Shown: positions 62,327-64,000 of the stretch, in pieces | Layout of the letters: each line of letters opens with the position of its first letter | Position numbering within the stretch: position 1 is the stretch's first letter | Notes under the pieces: model-generated | What the model was told of the DNA's origin: nothing | Database searches by the model: none | Seen by the model: only the letters and a program-made list of their open reading frames with translations | Source of the DNA: an uncultured Pseudomonadota bacterium | GTDB taxonomy: Bacteria; Pseudomonadota; Gammaproteobacteria; Burkholderiales; SG8-39 | Reading direction: 5' to 3' | DNA: 64,000 nt | Assembly (NCBI GenBank): GCA_963834845.1 | Contig: CAWICY010000004.1 | Coordinates: 729,530-793,529 of the forward strand | Position numbers and translations under genes: made by a program

Positions 62327-63532
62327 ATGCCTCTATATACCTACAAGGCCGTCGACGAGGACGGAAAGAACGTGCTCGGCCGCATCGAGGCGGTGAATGT
62401 ATTCGACCTCGAACAGCGCCTGGCGCGCATGGGCCTGGATCTCGTGAACGGCGCGCCCTCGAGCGGGCGCTCGCGATTGATCGGTGGGACCCGTGTCAGC
62501 CGCCAGGACCTGATCAATTTCTGCTTCCACCTCGAGCAGCTTTCTTCTGCCGGCGTGCCGCTCGTCGACGGCCTGATGGATCTGCGCGAGAGCATGGACA
62601 ACCCGCGGTTTCGCGAGGTGGTTTCAGGGCTGATCGAGGCGATCGAGGGCGGCAGGAGCCTGTCGCAGGCGCTCGCCGAGTTCCCCGAGGTGTTCGGCAA
62701 AGTATTCGTCAGCCTGGTGCGCTCGGGAGAGCAGACGGGAAAGCTCTCCGACGTGCTCAAGAGCCTCACCGAGTCGCTGAAATGGGAAGACGAGCTCGCC
62801 GCGCAGACCAAGAAACTGATGATGTACCCGGCCTTCGTCGGATCGATCGTGGTGCTGGTCACGTTCTTCCTCATGATCTATCTCGTGCCGCAGATGACGG
62901 GGTTCATCCGCAACATGGGGCAGGAGATCCCGCTGCAGACGCGCATCCTGATCGAGGTATCGCATTTCTTCGTCAACTTCTGGTGGGCCGTGCTCGCCGC
63001 CCCGTTCGTCGTATGGTTCGGGCTCAGATTCGCCGCCAGGACCTACCCGGCGGTCGAGTACACCATCGATCGCTACAAGATCTCGATGCCGCTCGTCGGC
63101 CCGATCCTGCGCAAGATCATCCTGTCTCGCTTCGCCTCGAGCTTCGCGATGATGTACGCCTCCGGCATCACGGTCCTCGATGCGATCCGAAGTTCCGAGG
63201 AGATCGTCGGCAACAAGCCGCTCGAGAACGCGCTGCGCACCGCCGGTCAGCAGATCGCCGAGGGCAAGAATCTCACCGCGGCATTCCAGGACGCGGCGCT
63301 GTTTCCGCCATTGGTGATCCGCATGCTCAAGATCGGCGAGAATACGGGAGGCCTCGACACGGCGCTGCTCAACGTCAGCTACTTCTACAATCGTGAAGTC
63401 AGGGAAGGCATCGGCAGGCTGCAGGCGATGATCGAGCCGGCGCTCACGCTCGTGCTCGGCCTGATCCTCGGCTGGGTGATGCTGGCCGTGCTCGGGCCCG
63501 TGTACGACACGATTTCGAAAATGAAATACTAG
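62327..63532 (+). CDS. GspF/PilC/MshG-family inner-membrane platform protein
   Basis: 401 aa with two T2SSF repeats (LSQALAEFPEVFGKVFVSLVRSGEQTGKL, then LTAAFQDAALFPPLVIRMLKIGENTGGL) and three TM segments. Confidence 0.9.
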   Translation: MPLYTYKAVDEDGKNVLGRIEAVNVFDLEQRLARMGLDLVNGAPSSGRSRLIGGTRVSRQDLINFCFHLEQLSSAGVPLVDGLMDLRESMDNPRFREVVSGLIEAIEGGRSLSQALAEFPEVFGKVFVSLVRSGEQTGKLSDVLKSLTESLKWEDELAAQTKKLMMYPAFVGSIVVLVTFFLMIYLVPQMTGFIRNMGQEIPLQTRILIEVSHFFVNFWWAVLAAPFVVWFGLRFAARTYPAVEYTIDRYKISMPLVGPILRKIILSRFASSFAMMYASGITVLDAIRSSEEIVGNKPLENALRTAGQQIAEGKNLTAAFQDAALFPPLVIRMLKIGENTGGLDTALLNVSYFYNREVREGIGRLQAMIEPALTLVLGLILGWVMLAVLGPVYDTISKMKY

Positions 63533-63550
63533 ACACGGCGCCGAACTGCG

Positions 63551-64000
63551 ATGTCCGCGAAACGCGTCCTCTACTTCACCTCGAGCGAGCACTACGTGTA
63601 CCGCTGGTCGAGGCGTGCGCTCGAGCTCGACGCACGCTTCGAGGCCGACGATGATGGGCTCGCCGAGTTCCGCGATTTCCTGCGCCGCCAGAAGGGCGCG
63701 CTATTTTACGTCGTCGCCGACCTCGCCGGCGAAGACTTCCACGAGGACCAGATTCCATACCTGCGCGGCGGCGACCGCGAGGCGGTGGTGCAGCGGCGCC
63801 TGGCGCAGCGCTACCGCGACACGCGGCTCGCCACCGCGCTGCCGCTCGGACAGATCACGGGCGAGCGGCGCAACGAGCGGCTGCTGCTCACTTCGTTCAC
63901 CAACACCGAGCAGTTCACCCCGTGGCTCGACGCGCTGATGGATTCGGACGCCAAGCTGGCGGGCGTGTACTCGGTGCCGCTCATCGCGCCGGCCCTCGCC
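63551..64000 (+). CDS. hypothetical protein, 5' part (continues past window), next gene of the secretion-like cluster
   Basis: Absent from the ORF track because it has no stop in the window. Hand translation of 150 codons has no stop: MSAKRVLYFTSSEHYVYRWSRRALELDARFEADDDGLAEFRDFL...AKLAGVYSVPLIAPALA. High-G+C codon usage. Starts 18 nt after the gspF-like stop. Confidence 0.6.
   Translation, partial: MSAKRVLYFTSSEHYVYRWSRRALELDARFEADDDGLAEFRDFLRRQKGALFYVVADLAGEDFHEDQIPYLRGGDREAVVQRRLAQRYRDTRLATALPLGQITGERRNERLLLTSFTNTEQFTPWLDALMDSDAKLAGVYSVPLIAPALA

Overview
High-G+C chromosomal segment, by eye about 68-70 % outside one island (not computed). Gene order looks betaproteobacterial (Burkholderiales/Rhodocyclales-like): mlaFEDACB, an ABC-2 pair, ibaG, murA, hisGDCBHAFIE, hinT, tatABC; and petABC, sspAB, tRNA-Thr. 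About 70 genes can be supported.

The core content is a MoxR/DUF58/transglutaminase triad followed by a CofD homologue, aceE, cspA, a TAXI-type binding protein, iorAB-type molybdoenzyme genes, the cytochrome bc1 operon, sspAB, a DegS-type protease, the his operon, tatABC, murA and the mla operon.

Accessory or unusual parts:
1. A lower-G+C insertion (13321-18467) lies next to tRNA-Thr(UGU). A perfect 41-bp direct repeat of the tRNA 3' end brackets 15650-18508. Inside are a decayed P4-type integrase, an intact PEP-CTERM protein, a fatty-acid hydroxylase, two small exported proteins and fossil PEP-CTERM tails.
2. A sigma-54 activator sits upstream of a textbook -24/-12 promoter driving a five-gene ABC uptake operon plus an alpha/beta hydrolase.
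3. A HlyB/HlyD-type type I secretion pair has no substrate or TolC gene nearby. A diverged stand-alone copy of the transporter's N-terminal C39-like domain lies two genes away and carries the same upstream leader element.
4. At the 3' end a sigma-54 response regulator (PrsR-like) heads a T2SS/MSHA-pilus-like cluster that runs off the window with no pilin gene seen: GspA/ExeA-like ATPase with a SPOR-like tail, lipoprotein secretin, GspB-like/TPR protein, GspE, GspF and an unknown gene.

Four essential minus-strand genes (aceE, hisF, hisC, murA) carry 12 frameshifts in total. Every one moves the frame the same way, as single-base insertions would, so sequence error is the most likely cause.

No rRNA, CRISPR array or intact transposase was seen. 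Most long overlapping or antisense ORFs in the track are high-G+C artefacts.
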